A stretch of DNA of 64,000 bases, from assembly GCA_013265495.1 (NCBI GenBank), contig MU059330.1, positions 14,331,980-14,395,979 on the forward strand. Reading direction: 5' to 3'. Numbering within the stretch: position 1 is the stretch's first letter; each line of letters begins with the position of its first letter. Shown one piece after another: positions 59,184-64,000 of this stretch. The position numbers and the translations under genes were made by a program. The notes below the pieces were generated by a model. It was not told the origin of the DNA, did not search any database, and saw nothing but the letters and a program-made list of their open reading frames with translations. The stretch comes from Vicugna vicugna (taxonomy: Eukaryota).

Positions 59184-60161
59184 CTGCAGGCAGAGAGTGA
59201 GGGCCAGTCACCCTGCCCCAGATGCCACCACACCTGACCTGACAGAGGGTGTCAGGACAGAGGGCCGCCCAGGTCCCAGGCGTTCAGCCGGCGCCCCTCA
59301 GCCGGCCACACTCCCACACCCTGAGCTCCTGCCTGACCCCCGGTCCTGCCAGGTCTTCCTGGCTGCAGCACAGCAGACCCTCCGGGCCTTGCTCTGGTTG
59401 CTGCCCTGCCTCCTGGAAAGCTCTCCCAGACCCCAGACCCCTGCTCGACAGCTCCCCATCTCCTTCACCCACAGTGAAGCCCTCACCTCTGTCAGCATCC
59501 CTGACTGCCTCGTCTCCTGAACCCCCTGCACCCACACCCCGCCCGGGCATGGCCACACGACAGCCCATCATGCAGCTCCCATCACCCCAACATGCTATGA
59601 ATAGTGAACTACTTATGCCGTCCACCTGCTGCTCTCCAGTCTCTAGTGCCCAGACTCCACGAGAGAGCCACTACTGTCCGGCCGGCTCACTCAGAGCTGG
59701 CAGAGGGCGTGCTGGAGCGCGGCACAGAAGAGATGGGGGTTCTCGCTTGTCCATCACCTCCCCGGCAGTCAGGTTGGTAGGAGCCACCCCTAGAGCAGAT
59801 CAGCTATGGGCACCTGACCACAGGCCCTAGACCTGCAGGGCTGCGCTGCAGAGACACGAAATCTGGCCCCACCAAGGACGAGCAGAGGGACGGGTGGTGT
59901 TGGCACTAACGCTGGACGCTTCGTTCTATACTTCTCGGCAGGTGTGTGTTTTCCCCACACCCAAGTTTCATTTTACACTTTTAATACTTTAAGAAAGTAA
60001 ACTGCACTTAATTTCTAAAAAGTGCATTTAGCACATGCTGCCTCAAACATGGAACCAACAGAGCCAACACCAACTCCAGATGTGTTCTTGGCTAGGAAAG
60101 CTGGGTGTGCGGGCGAGAGGAGCCCAGGCGTCTCCCACAAGTCGTTGGGTCAGGGCGCTAC

Positions 60162-60268
60162 CTTTTAATCTGATCGATCTGGGTCAAGACAGCGTTGACC
60201 ACGCGGATGGCATCTGAAGGCTCGGTGCCCGCCCTGCAGGCATTTCGGGCGGCCGTGAGGCTCTCCAC
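60162..60268 (-). CDS. TRIP13: TRIP13 exon 9 ([35 protein letters not shown])
   Basis: CAG acceptor and GTAG donor, 107 nt. The peptide is visible in ORF 60158..60481 and matches TRIP13. Confidence 0.97.
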
Positions 60269-60485
60269 CTGTGGGGACAGGCAATGGGGCACAGTCAGCT
60301 GAGCCTGAGGATGAACACATGTGTGGGTGTGCACGTGCCCACCTGTGCTGGGAGCCTGGTGTGAGGGGGCCGAGGGCAAGGACTGCAGGACACGGAGCCT
60401 GAAGAGGCCGCAGCCCGTAGGGCTGGTGGTGTCACCCCATCTTGAGCTCCCTCCAGCCACAGGTTTAGAGTCCAAACACACCTAC

Positions 60486-60572
60486 CTCGTCAATCAGCAC
60501 AAACACCAGAGCATCTTTATCATCAATCAAGTCCTGAATCTTCTGGAACATCCTAGTCACCAGCTTGCCACT
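60486..60572 (-). CDS. TRIP13: TRIP13 exon 8 (SGKLVTRMFQKIQDLIDDKDALVFVLIDE)
   Basis: CAG acceptor and GTAGG donor. The 87-nt exon ends in the Walker B motif VLIDE. Confidence 0.96.
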
Positions 60573-61348
60573 CTGGAAGTAAAACACTCTTTTGTTGTCA
60601 ACGTGCACTCACCAAGCTGCCCGGAGCACACGTGCGCTCTCTGCCCTCACCTGGCTTCACTGACCCCAGGTGGGTCAAGCCCACAAGCCCACAGTCTCCT
60701 GAAGGCCCCTCAGAAAATTCCTGGAGCCAGAGAAGCCCGGTCTATAGAGAACTCAGATGGCCTCCCCTGGCGTTGGGCTGCAAGGTTTGGACAACTCGCA
60801 CCTCAGCTCACCTGGGTGTCTTCCCATCTTCCCTTCCCAGCTGTCCTCATGACCAGGATGGCATGGTCACAGATGCCAATGTGCAAACTGGCGAGGTGCA
60901 CCCCTCACGGGCCCTCCCTGTCCCCACTCACCATCCACCTGGGGACCTCCTGACATGGGCGCGGGGCAGGGCCCTTCAGAGGTAAGGGTGTGACATCACC
61001 TGGTCCGAGCCCCTTGGTTTACGGATGGCAAATGAGGCTCAGAGCCCCGAGGGCATGCTCAGCTGAGGGGTGCAGATCCCTTTCTCCTCAGATAACACTG
61101 AGTGCCTATCCCAGTCAAAGGTCTGGATGGGACTGGCAAAGGGTCCTCTCGGGGCTCAGACTATTTCTAAGTTACTGCGTAGCTCTGGAACTTTCCTCTG
61201 ACCACAAAGTCAGCCCCTTGTTCACTTTCCTGTTTCTACTTATTTCCCTCCTAAAGCTCTGGGAGGACAAAGTTTGCCTAATCTACGGGATGACCTTTCA
61301 ACTACACGGCTGATGATGTAGAGAATTAGAACTGATATTAATACTTAC

Positions 61349-61412
61349 TTCTGAAAACCACTTAGAAAAGAGGCTGTGGCTGTTTATTTCAATTAACTGG
61401 CCGTACCGGTAC
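61349..61412 (-). CDS. TRIP13: TRIP13 (Pch2) AAA+ ATPase exon, human-numbered 7 (YRYGQLIEINSHSLFSKWFSE)
   Basis: TAG acceptor at 61415-61413 and GTAAGT donor at 61348. The 64-nt exon encodes the pore-loop KWFSE of TRIP13. Confidence 0.96.
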
Positions 61413-62639
61413 CTAAGACAGCAGAAGAGAGTCAGGGAAACTGTGACAAGTCAGTCCCACAGCATCCTGGGCGGCAGCTGCCTCTGCCTCTTCAACGTGA
61501 CATCTCTCAAATGTCCAGCAGGGTAAGAATGACACTTTGTTAAAGGGACCATGCGACTGAGGTCCCTAGTAACCAGCACACTAAAATAATCATGGAAAAC
61601 CAACAAGATGCATCAACATTGACAGTTCTAGTTAGAGCAAATTAAATTCCTCAGACTGAACAGCATTTTCATTTGAATTAAAGCAGGAATAAAATCTAAT
61701 TTTTAATGTACCTGTAATTTACATTTCTATATTTAAAAAAGCATCATGGGTACCAATACAGTGAATGAAGCAAAAGCACCAGAAGTGTTTTGGTCAGAGC
61801 TGAACATTTCCCCTTCCTTCCACAAGACCCTAAGGAATGCGACGATTTGTTTTCTAGCACGAGATCACTTCCTGCAAGCCTAGAGCTCTGGAGGGCTCAG
61901 AGGGCCAGAAGCTGGCCTGCACACACACTGACTGCAGCCAGCACTCACCACCAGGCACCCACAGGGCGGCGAGAGGCCTGGACACACTGAGCTCTTCCTA
62001 AAATCAAGCAGGAGACAGAGGCAGGGGAGAGCCGACTCCCAGGTCCTCTTCTCTTTCACGTCAAAAGCCCACAGGAAACACGTAACTACTTTCAGAAGCA
62101 TCACTGGTTGAAAAAGACCATTTACTAACTCTATTTACAAGATGGGGCCGGGGGGGAGGGGGTAGACCACCTAACAAATGCAGACTGCGCTGAATGTTAG
62201 ACAAAATTAAGTATTAAACATTTGGATCATTAACTGAAGTGGGCAACAAGACTTGCTACGGTTTCTTTTTGCCACGAAATACACATTTCCACTTTCTTGT
62301 ACTGGAAAAAGTCTTATTTTCCATAATAACATCTTCACTCTCTGGTGTTTTAGGAAACTGGCCCTAGAGATCTTTAAACACAGATGCATTTCAATACGTC
62401 AAGACAAAGGCCAAGTTACCGTGCATGAAGGATTGAAATAAAGCAGTTTCCCTACTTACAAGCCGTTTTTGAAAAAAAAAAAAGGCATTTAAAAGTGTAT
62501 CTCATAGGATTTCCTCTTCTAAACTCACATGGATTAACAGGTAGCAGATTTACCCTCTGCCTTAACAAACTCAGAGTGGGCAGAACAAACGAAACAGTGC
62601 CTGAGGTAGGTGGACAACAGGTGTTGGAGGACTGGGACC

Positions 62640-63990
62640 CCAAGAGAAGAGAAATAAGGGCACAACTGCCCTGACTTTCTGCCTAGAGCACCTTCCAACT
62701 GTGACCCTGGAGGGTACCCAAGAAGAGCACAGCCGTCATGCTGAGCGAGGGGTCAGAGGTCAGAGTTCAGGAGCCTGAGGTGTCTGGAGGCCACAAAGCA
62801 GAGTTCCAGAAGGTCGGGAGATACACAGGAATAAATCTCTGGAAACCATCCTGGGGCCCCGAATCTTTACCGGACACTCAGGTGTGTGAATCGGGAAACC
62901 TCCGTTTGAGGCCCCGGTGGCCACGGTGGAGGGAACTGAGACCCCACCTGTGCAGTGAGACTAGACTACACCAAGACCCCTCTGACAAAGCTTAAGGACA
63001 AACCTCGAAAGGATCACACTGAAGCATCAGTAACCAAAGTGCAAAAGCAGAACAAAACTCAGCAGCCGTTGAATAAAGAGAATCCAGATGCTTCAAGTCA
63101 CAATGTTTAGTCAAAATCTACCTGACACATCAGGAAGCAGAAACACCTGACCCAAAACCAGAAAAAAAAGACTCAGGCATGATGGTGATGGAAGGAGCAG
63201 ACAGGAGCATAAAACAGCTATCACACACTTCCTCAAGCATTTTAACAAGAACATAATGAGCTGAGAAATCTAAGTATAAAAGAAACCAAATGGAAGAAAA
63301 GAGAGAAGAAAAGTACACTGTCCAGAGAAGAAAAGTACACTGTCAGAGATGAAAATTACACTGAACAGAATTAAAAGCAGGCCAGGTACTGCAGAAAGCT
63401 ATACAAAATGAAACACAGAAACTTTTAAAACCCTGAAAACACAAAAGAGCACATCAGTGGCCTGTGGGACAGGGTCAGGCCGTCTAACATGGGAGTAAGT
63501 CGAGCCCCAGACAAGGCGGCAGAAAGCAAGGGATTAGCTGAAGAGATAAGGGCCAAATAGTTTTTAAATGTGATGAAACTGTGAAGCCCTCAACTGACAG
63601 GACTTAAGGAGAAGCGGACGCAGCACTGAAGGCTCGGATGCCCCTCCACAGCAGCACACTAGCAGACTGGTGGTCTGCGTGGACACCGAGCACCCCGAGC
63701 TGACATCCCTGGAACATCCCTCGACAAGGGCAGAGACACGGTATTCTAAGCGAACATGGGACAGCCACCAGGAGAGGCCATGCAGTCATAAAGCAGGTCT
63801 CAAACACGTTTAGAAAGACTGACAAAGTAACTCGAGACTATGCTGAGTACAGAGGAATTCGCTAATTTATGCTGAAAGAGGGGGACTCACTATTCATGCA
63901 AAATGGTTAAAAAGTAAAAACAGCTTCCGTGGAAAACTGAAATACTCAGTTGAAGAGCAAGCAATCCCATTTCGGCCGTCTTCTCCCTCC
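62640..63990 (+). mobile_element. Old L1M 5'/ORF1-ORF2 relic in TRIP13 intron 6
   Basis: A-rich plus strand, with CCTGACACATCAGGAAGCAGAAAC and GAAAATTACACTGAACAGAATTAAAAGCAG resembling L1M ORF1 relics. It is antisense to TRIP13. Confidence 0.6.
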
Positions 63991-64000
63991 AATTACTGAA

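Noticed and set aside
63300-63350. Short tandem duplication AGAGAAGAAAAGTACACTGTC x2
   Set aside because: A routine slippage duplication inside an L1 relic.

Overview
This is mammalian genomic DNA, GC- and CpG-rich, and probably camelid, judged from tRNA-derived SINEs of the GGGG(A/T)GGGTATAGCTCAGTGG type. It covers the NKD2-TRIP13 interval, syntenic with human 5p15.33 from recall. Both genes lie on the minus strand. NKD2 is represented by its CpG-island promoter, coding exons 1-3 (15330 down to 14771) and about 14.8 kb of intron 3; exon 4 onward lies left of the window. TRIP13 is represented by its last seven coding exons (61412 down to 55251, exons 7-13 by human numbering) plus the 3' UTR and poly(A) signals; the upstream exons lie right of the window. 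All splice sites are GT-AG and all frames join cleanly. The roughly 39 kb between the genes holds old L1, MaLR, L2, MIR and MER relics, simple repeats and several candidate regulatory islands. Almost all ORFs in the supplied track are GC-content artefacts. I see no convincing novel multi-gene system. The observations most worth follow-up are a degenerate ~40-bp tandem array of ~20 copies downstream of TRIP13, a 34-bp minisatellite carrying nuclear-receptor half-sites and G-runs in a TRIP13 intron, strong AT-to-GC drift in L1 relics, an assembly gap abutting a CGG run in the NKD2 5' UTR, and several motif-cluster enhancer candidates. Repeat boundaries and family names come from recalled consensus sequences and are approximate.
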